26,988 nt of DNA from Oligoflexus sp. (GTDB taxonomy: Bacteria > Bdellovibrionota_B > Oligoflexia > Oligoflexales > Oligoflexaceae). Of the stretch, positions 7,728 to 16,256 are shown one piece after another; the stretch's first letter is position 1, and the number at the start of each line of letters is the position of its first letter. A program made the position numbers and the translations under genes. The notes beneath the pieces were generated by a model that ran no database searches, was not told the origin of the DNA, and saw only the letters and a program-made list of their open reading frames with translations. The stretch is from the NCBI GenBank assembly GCA_041736305.1, contig JBGSTX010000211.1, forward strand, positions 1 to 26,988, read 5' to 3'.

Positions 7728-8369
7728 CTAGGATTGGCTGACAAGGGACTCGTCGAGCAGAAGTTCGGGATGTCGATTCCACCAGTCCTCAGAATCTTCG
7801 GCCGTCCATCTGATGATGCCTTGCGACTGTATCTGCGAAAACACTTGCATCACTTCTCGCATCGAATTCGGCCTATCCTCGGGATTGCGGGCAACACAAC
7901 GCATAATGAGCTGCGTTAGTTCTGGAGGACAGTCGGGGCAAACCTTTTCCAGTGGCAAGTGTTCACTGGACAGAACCTCGTTGATCAAAGCTAACTCGGT
8001 CGCCGCGCTGAAGAGATTGCGTCCTGAACACATCTTGTAGGCTGTCGCACCGAGGGCGTAGATGTCGATCTTAACGTTGCTCATCTGCGATGGATCTCGA
8101 AAACGTTCTGGAGCCGTGTAAAGAGGAGTTCCCCGCAAAACCCTCGTTTTCATATTATCGTCAGCTTCCTCCACATCTTTGACCATCCCAAAATCTACGA
8201 CTTTTACGAAATCTGTTTCGCTGCTTAGCTTGGAAACCATAATGTACTGTGGTTTGATATCGCGATGGATCAGTCCATTGTCGTGCGCGTCGGCTAAGGA
8301 TCGGCAGGTTTGCATAATGAGATGCAAGATTCTTCCGAAAGGCAGACGCCCTTCCGTATGTAAGAGGCG
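7728..8369 (-). pseudogene. Hanks-type Ser/Thr kinase, C-lobe fragment
   Basis: HRDIKPQY, VKVVDFG, GTPLYTAPE, DIYALG and RC..NPEDRP. Homology extends upstream of the ORF-track start to LLHTEGRLP (~8369). The Gly loop and VAIK Lys are absent. Confidence 0.85.
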
Positions 8370-8459
8370 ACAAATTCTTATATAACAGTTACTTAGGGAA
8401 TTCCTTAAAATCTTTCGCGCGATTCTTCCGATGAGAAAATCACAGGGGGAGGGCCGGAT

Positions 8460-8930
8460 ATGGCTATTATGAAGAGTATAATTTTGACACTTTTAGTCAG
8501 CTCTATCGCGCTAACTTTCGGTGCCTGTAAAGACTCGGAAACGAGCGAAGATGAGATCGCAGGCACAGTTGAAGGTGCGGAGCAGAGCAATGAAAATGAG
8601 AAGCCTGCGGAGGCAGTCAGTGCATCAACTCCTTCCCCGCCGAAGAAAAGCTCAGTGCAGCTCACCTGTGGGCAACGTGGCATCCCTAGCTGGGAATCTG
8701 CTATAGGCAATCTGGTAAACGCCCGTTGCGAAAAATGTCACAGTCAGAAGCTTGCCTATATGGGTATTCTACTGATGAACTACAAAGATCTTGTAGATAA
8801 TCAGGAAAAGTCGCGCCGCCGGATTCAGAGCAATAGCCTGACTGAACCTCTCGATCCCGTTGAGCAACAGTTTTTCATGGACTTTTTTAAGGCAGGTCTG
8901 CCAGAAAAAGAAACTGACTGCAAAGATTAA
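8460..8930 (+). CDS. Lipoprotein with a single c-type heme motif
   Basis: GGAGG SD, lipobox-like FGAC, low-complexity S/E/P linker, CEKCH. Confidence 0.75.
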   Translation: MAIMKSIILTLLVSSIALTFGACKDSETSEDEIAGTVEGAEQSNENEKPAEAVSASTPSPPKKSSVQLTCGQRGIPSWESAIGNLVNARCEKCHSQKLAYMGILLMNYKDLVDNQEKSRRRIQSNSLTEPLDPVEQQFFMDFFKAGLPEKETDCKD

Positions 8931-9188
8931 TGGCGGTAGCGGAAGCTCCAACGGCCAGTTCTACCTGAAGGCTGATCCTTATTACTTGCGAATGTAAGAT
9001 CGTCGAGTGACGAGATGGATCAGATTGAGTTGGTCCCACCACATATTATTATGGTTTACAAGATGAGTCATTTACGCTAATTGACGAAGCCACTGAGGTG
9101 CTGCAGGACTCCTTGTGCCCTGGAGGGGCCACATGTCGAGCCTTCAAGCAATTCACAGCAGTATTATTGATGGAAAAATGGATAGGCC

Positions 9189-9907
9189 ATGATTAAGTTT
9201 GCCGTGCTATTTATCATTTTAAGCCTTGCTCTAAGGTCATATGCCGAAGAAAAAGTACTGATCACCGTTACGGGCGACGCAAGAAATTTCCGGGTATGCG
9301 ATCCTCGCCATCCCAAGGGAGGAATGGTACCGGAGTTGGTCACGACGATCATCGAGAAGATGGGTTACAGGAACCAGACCCGCTTCTTACCTTGGAAACG
9401 AGCTGCTACTGAAGCTCGAGTCAAGACCAACTTTGCGCTCTTCCCCGCTTCCAAAAATCTTGCCAATATCAACGATTATTTGCTTGTTCCTCTGCCTCTC
9501 TATGAGTTGAAATTGCTTGCGATCGTTCCTAAGGACTCAAAGCTCAAGGAAATCAAGCGCAGCGATGCCAAGAACCTAACAACCTGTGAACTCGCTGGGG
9601 CGGTGACTCTAAAAAAACTTGGCCTCAACGTCATCGAAGTTAGCAACCAGATCAGTGCATCAAGCTCTTTCAAACAGGGCGTCTTGATTTTATGATGGTC
9701 ACCGATGCGATCATCCGGGATGTACCAAAGGAGGACCTCCCGCATCGCGTTGTTCAAGATGACCTAGGCTATCGTCCGCAGGGCTTTTTTCTCATCAATA
9801 AGGCCTACCCTGAGGCTGAAAAACTTTACGAGAGCTTTACTAACGCCTTCGAAGCACTTGAAGAAAATGGAAGCTTGGAAAAAATCCGGGCCAGTTACCT
9901 TCCATAA
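9189..9907 (+). pseudogene. Frameshifted family-3-like periplasmic solute-binding protein
   Basis: Signal peptide, GMVPELV..I, FLPWKRA and C-terminal FTNAFEALEENGSLEKIRASY. The second frame opens at 9644 as PDQCIKLFQTGRLDFMMV. One extra C at 9647-9648 joins both ORFs. Confidence 0.8.
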
Positions 9908-9947
9908 TAGACAGCGGAACATTTCTGCCAGACAAAACACCCAATAT

Positions 9948-9969
9948 GGCGTATTTTCATACGCCTTTT
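9948..9969 (+). terminator. Intrinsic terminator
   Basis: GGCGTAT-TTTC-ATACGCC followed by TTTT. Confidence 0.55.
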
Positions 9970-10067
9970 AAAAGCGCGGCATTTATGTAATATCTGCCAG
10001 CAGATGCTTGTCCAACAAGCCTTTGACTGAAAAATTTGAGCAGAAATTTAGAGTACATTGGATAAAT

Positions 10068-13000
10068 ATGTCAATTCATCGGCGCATTCGGCCACTTCTG
10101 AAGCATTTCCAAGTGTCCCACTTAACCGCTATCGCTATTGTGGCATTGATGACCGCCTGTCAGCGCATCAGTAATGACTATGAGAGCACAATGATGCTCT
10201 GCGGTAAGCCAGCCTCTGGCTTGAATTTTGGAAATAGTAACGCCTACCGTCCCGTAAACCTTAAAAGCTCACTTATCTCAAAGCCCGATCTCAAAGCTTA
10301 TTGGGTCACTTACGATGGTACGCGAACGACTTTAGATTTCAGCTCAAAAGGCTGTGTCTACGTCCCCAAAGTTAATGAGGGTTCTCTTGGCTTCATTGAT
10401 CAGGCTGAGGGCCTCTTTGCGGTGAGCCATCAAAAAGCAGATCAGTCTTTAGCCACAGTTCAAGATACCGTCATGGAGCAGTTCCCTCAGCTGACAGCTA
10501 AGCTAAGTTGTAGCGGTCAAGATATTTGGACTAACGAGCCCTTCGTCGATCTCACCTGGGAAATTACTCAGGCAGGAAAGCAATTGACCCTGGCCGATTT
10601 GCGGAATTACTGGCCCCTGCTTCAGCTTCGCTTTCAATCAAGAAACCAAGCTGGAGCTCTCGATCAGGAATTAACGCTCACTCACCAAGCTGCCCTCAAT
10701 CTACAGCAGATAAGCGAGAACGATCCTAAATTTGGGCTGCAAATTCACGTCGCTCAGGAGCAGGACTCGTCCATCGAGCTTCAATTCCAGGACCTGCTCG
10801 ATCGCAAGCAGCTTATCGAAGGCGGCGCAGCCTGCAAAGTGCACCACAGTTTGAAAAGTCCAGTTTTAAATTCTTTTGTCATCAATGAGAAAGCTCTTCG
10901 GATCTTTCGGGGCCAAACAGTTCACCTAGAAGCGCCCGAAGGTGCTCAACTCTATATGCAGGTAGAACCTCTGCACGTCGAATCTAAAGTAGCTAAATGG
11001 GAATTTCTCAGTGCAGCCAAACAAGAGACAGAACTTAAAAAATTTAGAAACGGCCGCATGCCGATTTTCTGGCAGGAAGGCAGCTACCTTCTACGGGCTT
11101 TTACACTCAGCAGGGAAGGAAATCGCTCACCCATCTGGGAAAGAGTGGTCCAAGTCAATGAGTCGAATATGGTTGAGAAGAAAATCACTGCCCATCATTG
11201 GGTCCTGACTCAAGTTAGCCCAAGTAGTAAGGCCGGTCTGCTTAAGGTGAGCCGAGAGTCTGGACGCCCTACTATTTCAATCTATGATTTGGCAGCCGCA
11301 GGAGAAATTACAGCAGAAATTTGGCAGCCAAACGTCATGCCAGCTAGCCTGGGTCTCTTCGAAAGCGGTTTTGGGATCAACCGGCAAATCGTCGAAGGCC
11401 GCTTTGGAATCGGAGCTTCGAATCGTCAGCAGTTTTGCTTAAGCCGAGGCAGCAACCCCAGCGACGCCTATCGTGAACCTTTTCAATCGCGGATCTTTTG
11501 TTGGGAAAGACAGGAAGATAGAAGTTTCAAAGTAATATTAGATCAAGACGCCCCCTTCTGGAATGACGACGAACTTACGGCAGCCAATTTTTTTGGTGAC
11601 GAAAAGCCTGAAATTCTAGCTCATTCGTCGCAAGATGGTATTTTCCGCGTTTTCTCGCTGATTCCTTCGGCACCGATGCAAGTGAACTTTAAGCAAGAAA
11701 TTTCTTACTCAATGGAGCAAAATCGAGGAATCCAAGGTTCGCAGATCGATGCTGTCGAAGAAACTCCGCAAAAAACTTATCTTTACTGGATTGATCGTTC
11801 CAATGGCTATGGCGTTGTTTCAAGTCTAACCAATAATCCTGGGGCCTCTAACAATGGCCAGCTGCAGATGACTTATCGCAGCCCTAGCGAAATCAATCTC
11901 AGCCTCGATCAATGGGGCGTGACAAGCCCAGACGAAACCCGACTGCCAACGACCTACGCTCGTTGGCGTCAGCGCTTGCAGGTGCTCCCTGCCTGGACTG
12001 AAAAACACTTTTCACTCGTCTTTCATGACGGCGCCTTGAATCGTCGCTGGGCTACAGGACAACGAACTCTAGATAATCCTAACGCCCCCCTCATCAATAG
12101 CATCCGGTGGAACGGGCTTCCCTCGTCTACCACTGATTTCTGCTATTTCTATCCCCGTAGCGACGGCGCGCAGCCTACAACTCTAGACGACCCTTGGATG
12201 GACTGCCTAGCCTTCGGCACCGATGCGCACTTGCGCGATAAGGCTCAAATTTTTCGCTATAATAGAGATAAGAAAATATGGTCTCAAACGGCAGACATCG
12301 ATCTTTCACCACCTGAGGTTGGCCAATTCAAACCTTTCGAAAATCCACGAGCGGTACAAGAAATCGTCATAATTCCTAGCCTGCAGCCTTATGTGGCTAG
12401 CTCCGAAGATTTGAATTGGGCTGTTCTGCCTTTGGAAGGCAGCGAAGTTCTGCCGCTTTGGGAGCAGCTGAATAGCGAACAAAAGGAGAAACTGCGTCAA
12501 GGGCAAGGACAGCTCGAACTCTGGGGCAACGACCAACGCTTTGCCGCCTGGCTATGGTCAGGAGCCCTGGGTAAACCGATCGCTAGAGAGCTCAGGTTTG
12601 CCGGTCCTATTTCAGCCAGCGCTGATCTGGGTCGCAACTTAGGCCTCGTCGACTTGAGAGCGGACGGTCGCCCCCATCTCGTACAGCCTTTTGAAGAAGG
12701 GTTTGCCAGTCTCGACATCAGCGAACCAGATTCCAAGTGGCTTAAGCACTTAGGTGTTTCTGCGCCGAATTTCGTTCAAGATAATCCCCTCGGATGGAAC
12801 GGACGCAGTATCAGTCTATTGAGTGGCCGGGTTCTTCCCGACCTTGAGGGAGGAGTCTTCTGTTATGTGGCGCGAGCTTCTCAGAGCCTAGGTAAAGCTG
12901 GCCAAATCTCTTGCTATGGTTATCAGAAGCTAAGGGAGACGAAAATTGCGAAGATATTCGAAGGGGATTTCCCCGTCGAAGGTCAAGAGCAAGTAAGTGC

Positions 13001-13937
13001 GATTAAGATCGAAGGAACTGACGAGACGGCAATAGCTGTATTCAATCCCCATACGAACAAAATTACTGTGCACACTTTGCAGCTCGCACAGTCAACGCCC
13101 CTGCGTGTTTACAAAGCCAAGCTAGTACCCTGGGTTTCGGTGACTAAGGACGAAGCCAATCAAGATAAAATCGAGTCTAGTGACGCCTTCACTGTGATGG
13201 ACGACCCAGTTAGAAATACTCTACATTTAGGTACCTATTCGGATTTGGAAGAAGGGATTTTGCATTTTTCCACTCAACTGCAGCTGGGGCAGGGCGAAAG
13301 CCGTTGGGCTGTGACAACTACTGTTACCGGTGAAACGGTGGGTGGCAAATTGAAAAAGGCCGAGCTTGAAGAGCTAAGCATTTCACTCAACCCTCAGGAT
13401 TTAAGCTTAGACCTCTTCAATTATCACCGCCCCGATCTATTTAATTCTCAACGGCTCGACTGGCCTAAAGTCTACGATTCTAGAACCGTCATCAGCCCGA
13501 ATAAATCCAAGGGTTTTTACACCAACACAGGTGTAACTAAATTCGATGAGAAGGGAGTGGGTTACTGCATAGCAATGGGCAACCTCACTGATGGCGCAGT
13601 AAATGCTTATTACCATCCAGCTTGCGCCTTTTTTGCCGTCCAGACCGAGACTTTCTTCGCAGGACTCTTCAATACCTTAACTGGTATTACCGAAGATTAT
13701 GTCACTCAACCCGATCGCTTGGACACTCACTGGACCTTTCCTTTCTGGAGAAATCAGTCCAATAATCCAGAGCACAAAGCCGGCTTGATGACGAATCTCT
13801 ACGCTTTGCGCATCCCAAAAAATCTTAGTGATGACGGATGGGAAGTGCAAGCGTCGGCAGTCGTAGATATGCCTTTGAGCTTCTACGGACAGACTTGGAA
13901 TAAGCATCGCCAATTTTCATTGCGCCTAGAACCCTGA
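10068..13937 (+). CDS. Giant hypothetical lipoprotein (~1289 aa), beta-rich, with Ig-like and FG-GAP/VCBS-like motifs
   Basis: The ATG at 10068 gives a basic N-region, a hydrophobic stretch and the lipobox LMTAC. Motifs EGSYLLRAFTLSREGNRS, ANFFGDEKPEIL and VDLRADGRPHLV. The start is uncertain (ORF track gives 10008). Confidence 0.75.
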   Translation: MSIHRRIRPLLKHFQVSHLTAIAIVALMTACQRISNDYESTMMLCGKPASGLNFGNSNAYRPVNLKSSLISKPDLKAYWVTYDGTRTTLDFSSKGCVYVPKVNEGSLGFIDQAEGLFAVSHQKADQSLATVQDTVMEQFPQLTAKLSCSGQDIWTNEPFVDLTWEITQAGKQLTLADLRNYWPLLQLRFQSRNQAGALDQELTLTHQAALNLQQISENDPKFGLQIHVAQEQDSSIELQFQDLLDRKQLIEGGAACKVHHSLKSPVLNSFVINEKALRIFRGQTVHLEAPEGAQLYMQVEPLHVESKVAKWEFLSAAKQETELKKFRNGRMPIFWQEGSYLLRAFTLSREGNRSPIWERVVQVNESNMVEKKITAHHWVLTQVSPSSKAGLLKVSRESGRPTISIYDLAAAGEITAEIWQPNVMPASLGLFESGFGINRQIVEGRFGIGASNRQQFCLSRGSNPSDAYREPFQSRIFCWERQEDRSFKVILDQDAPFWNDDELTAANFFGDEKPEILAHSSQDGIFRVFSLIPSAPMQVNFKQEISYSMEQNRGIQGSQIDAVEETPQKTYLYWIDRSNGYGVVSSLTNNPGASNNGQLQMTYRSPSEINLSLDQWGVTSPDETRLPTTYARWRQRLQVLPAWTEKHFSLVFHDGALNRRWATGQRTLDNPNAPLINSIRWNGLPSSTTDFCYFYPRSDGAQPTTLDDPWMDCLAFGTDAHLRDKAQIFRYNRDKKIWSQTADIDLSPPEVGQFKPFENPRAVQEIVIIPSLQPYVASSEDLNWAVLPLEGSEVLPLWEQLNSEQKEKLRQGQGQLELWGNDQRFAAWLWSGALGKPIARELRFAGPISASADLGRNLGLVDLRADGRPHLVQPFEEGFASLDISEPDSKWLKHLGVSAPNFVQDNPLGWNGRSISLLSGRVLPDLEGGVFCYVARASQSLGKAGQISCYGYQKLRETKIAKIFEGDFPVEGQEQVSAIKIEGTDETAIAVFNPHTNKITVHTLQLAQSTPLRVYKAKLVPWVSVTKDEANQDKIESSDAFTVMDDPVRNTLHLGTYSDLEEGILHFSTQLQLGQGESRWAVTTTVTGETVGGKLKKAELEELSISLNPQDLSLDLFNYHRPDLFNSQRLDWPKVYDSRTVISPNKSKGFYTNTGVTKFDEKGVGYCIAMGNLTDGAVNAYYHPACAFFAVQTETFFAGLFNTLTGITEDYVTQPDRLDTHWTFPFWRNQSNNPEHKAGLMTNLYALRIPKNLSDDGWEVQASAVVDMPLSFYGQTWNKHRQFSLRLEP

Positions 13938-13978
13938 TGGACTCAGTGCATGTTTCGCTTCAGATTAAGGATAAGTAT

Positions 13979-14758
13979 ATGAGTTTTAAAAAAGGACTTT
14001 TCTGGATAGGTCTCATGATATCCACGCTGACTTGCAGCATGTCCGTCGCCAATGCCCAGATCTTCAATATGCAGAACGTCCTGCGAGGCAAGGTTCCTGA
14101 GGGTTTCTCTCTCCAGGCCGAAACTTCCTGGGAGAAGAAAAGCGGCAACAGCGAGGTGGATCGTTTTCTGGGTCAAGCCTCACCCAGCTGGCGTGAAGGG
14201 CCCCACCTCTGGCTTGCTGTTGCTCGAAGGGAGTACGGAGAGCAGGGCGGGAAACAATCTCTCGATAATTCTTTCTATCACCTCCGCTATCGTTATAGCT
14301 TCGACGAGGCCCTCAGCCTAGAAACCTTTCTGCAGCAGGACAGCGACCGATTCCGGCGACGTGCATCCCGTCAGGTCTATGGACTTGGGCCATATGTGAA
14401 GCTGTTGGACAGCGAGAGCGTGAGCTTAGCTTTGAGCATTGCACCTATGTACGAGAGGGAGTCAATCAGTGAAGCGGAAGGCTACAAGGAAGAGCGCACC
14501 AAGACTCGCGTTTCGTCGATGCTTTACATAGATTGGAAGTGGCAGCCTCATGTGCTGCTATCTAATGTTTTTTACGTGCAACCCAAGATCGACCGTTGGA
14601 GCGACCGACGCGTGCTGAACGAGGCGGCGCTGCAGGTGAGTCTCGCCGAGCAGGTGAGCCTTAAAACTGCCTATTCTTTAACCTACGATGCCTTACCACC
14701 GGCCGGTGTAAAAAGAACTGATACCAGCGTAAAACAAGCCTTGGTCCTCAATTTTTGA
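13979..14758 (+). CDS. DUF481-family outer-membrane beta-barrel protein
   Basis: AAGGA SD before ATG 13979 and a signal peptide. Motifs SGNS, HLRYRY, GLGPY and YVQP..D.RVLNE, amphipathic strands, C-terminal Phe (LVLNF). Confidence 0.8.
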   Translation: MSFKKGLFWIGLMISTLTCSMSVANAQIFNMQNVLRGKVPEGFSLQAETSWEKKSGNSEVDRFLGQASPSWREGPHLWLAVARREYGEQGGKQSLDNSFYHLRYRYSFDEALSLETFLQQDSDRFRRRASRQVYGLGPYVKLLDSESVSLALSIAPMYERESISEAEGYKEERTKTRVSSMLYIDWKWQPHVLLSNVFYVQPKIDRWSDRRVLNEAALQVSLAEQVSLKTAYSLTYDALPPAGVKRTDTSVKQALVLNF

Positions 14759-14798
14759 AAACTTGAGAACAGTATGGAGCAAATTTTATGCACTCGTA

Positions 14799-14827
14799 TT
14801 GCTTTTTGCGAAAAGCAAGGATAGGCT
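14799..14827 (+). promoter_or_regulatory. Candidate sigma70 promoter for the rsgA leader, overlapping an 8-bp inverted repeat
   Basis: TTGCTT(14799-14804), 17 bp, TAGGCT(14822-14827). TTGCTTTT-TGCG-AAAAGCAA at 14799-14818 could instead be the upstream gene's terminator. Confidence 0.4.
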
Positions 14828-14868
14828 AGGGTCTTCTGCCAATAAATCTCTCGATAAGGAGTATGTAT

Positions 14869-14907
14869 ATGGATGTCATCACCTTCAAAATGGGAAAGCC
14901 CAGCTGA
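14869..14907 (+). CDS. Putative leader peptide MDVITFKMGKPS* upstream of rsgA
   Basis: Strong SD TAAGGAG (14855-14861) 7 nt before the ATG. Embedded in alternative helices (see findings). Confidence 0.6.
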   Translation: MDVITFKMGKPS

Positions 14908-15008
14908 ATCGGTATCCATAGCGGACCTCCAGATGAACTGCCTTTCCCATATTTAAAAAAATTCTAGGAAATTTTTTACGTCTCAATCCTTTGGGAAGGG
15001 TTATTACA

Positions 15009-16067
15009 TTGAATTTATCTAAAATTCTAGGCTTTGATGCCTCGTTTTATGCTGCTTCATTATCAACTTTGCCTGCTGATGCCGTACTTGCGCGCGTGAT
15101 TGAACAACAAAAAGGCCTTTTTAAGGTCGCCGGCGAAGTCGGGGAGTGGTGGGCTGAGCCGAGTGGTCGCCTTCTTTATGAAGCGCAGGGAGCCGAAGAC
15201 CTGCCCGTGATTGGTGACTGGGTTCAGGTTACTGCTGGAAGCCCCCATGATCGCCTGCAGATTCTAGCTGTGCTACCCCGCAAGACTTTGATTGCGCGTC
15301 GCGCGATCGCTAAGGATAATGAAGCTCAACTTCTGGCTGCGAATGTCGATCACATCTTCGTCGTAAGCTCTCTCAATCACGATTTGAACGCTAAACGCCT
15401 CGACCGCTACCGGGCTTTGGTTCGGCAGTCCGGAGCGACCGGGACTCTGCTTCTAACGAAGGCGGATCTCATCGCTGAGGATGAAATTGTGAAACTAGTG
15501 GACAGCGTAGTGCACAGTTTCCCAGTGCTCGTGGTCAGTGGTATCTCAAACCAAGGCCTAGCTGCTTTGCGTGAAAAAATGCTGCCCGCTTCCACCTCGG
15601 TATTCATCGGTTCGTCAGGAGTTGGCAAATCCACGCTTCTCAATGCTTTACTGGGTGAAGAGAGACAGGACACTGCTGACATTCGAGAAAGCGACAGTCG
15701 CGGACGTCACACGACTAGCAGCCGCAGTCTGATCGCTCTGCCTTCCGGAGCCTTCCTCATCGACACGCCTGGAATACGCGAAATCGGTCTTTGGAACCTA
15801 GATGAAGATACTCTCCAAGAGAGCTTCAGCGAACTAGGGGGCTTTGAGGGCCGTTGTCGTTATCGTGACTGCCAGCACGAAGGCGAACCCGATTGTGCTG
15901 TTCGAGCCGCCGTGGAGGCGGGACAGCTTGACTCTGAAAGGTTAAAAAGCTTTCGCAAACTGCGTAAGGAACAAGCCTTTCTTGAAAGGCGAGATGATAA
16001 GAAAAAAATGTCGGAAGAAAAAAGTCGTTGGAAAGCGATTAACAAGGCTCATCGTCGGGACAAGTAG
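15009..16067 (+). CDS. rsgA: Ribosome small subunit-dependent GTPase A
   Basis: OB fold (PVIGDWV), AANVD, LTKADL, GSSGVGKST, RGRHTT, IDTPGIRE and the zinc finger CRYRDCQHEGEPDC. TTG 15009 is preferred as start because SD GGGAAGGG lies at 14993-15000. Confidence 0.96.
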   Translation: MNLSKILGFDASFYAASLSTLPADAVLARVIEQQKGLFKVAGEVGEWWAEPSGRLLYEAQGAEDLPVIGDWVQVTAGSPHDRLQILAVLPRKTLIARRAIAKDNEAQLLAANVDHIFVVSSLNHDLNAKRLDRYRALVRQSGATGTLLLTKADLIAEDEIVKLVDSVVHSFPVLVVSGISNQGLAALREKMLPASTSVFIGSSGVGKSTLLNALLGEERQDTADIRESDSRGRHTTSSRSLIALPSGAFLIDTPGIREIGLWNLDEDTLQESFSELGGFEGRCRYRDCQHEGEPDCAVRAAVEAGQLDSERLKSFRKLRKEQAFLERRDDKKKMSEEKSRWKAINKAHRRDK

Positions 16068-16124
16068 CCAAGTCTCGGATCTCGCTTAAATCCTAAATCT
16101 AGCGATGAGGATCTTACTCGCTGC

Positions 16125-16160
16125 GAAAAAAGCTGCCCATGGAGGGCAGCTTATCCTCTC
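16125..16160. terminator. Terminator-like hairpin after rsgA
   Basis: AAGCTGCCC-ATGGA-GGGCAGCTT (16130-16152) with an A-tract on the left and pyrimidines on the right. Confidence 0.6.
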
Positions 16161-16256
16161 TTCTTACTGGGGCTTAACCCCTAGAAGACCGCCCCGATAA
16201 GTTTCGTCTTCCTTTTTCCCGATGCTCTGAATGGGAATATTGGAGGAAGACCAGAT

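Noticed and set aside
8372-8404. AT-rich segment as a dif or att site
   Set aside because: It does not fit the XerC/XerD 11-6-11 consensus, and there is no tRNA, integrase or second copy in the window.
8931-9188. CTGATCC/GGATCAG multibranch fold or a gene remnant
   Set aside because: Only short stems and no recognisable protein or RNA motif.
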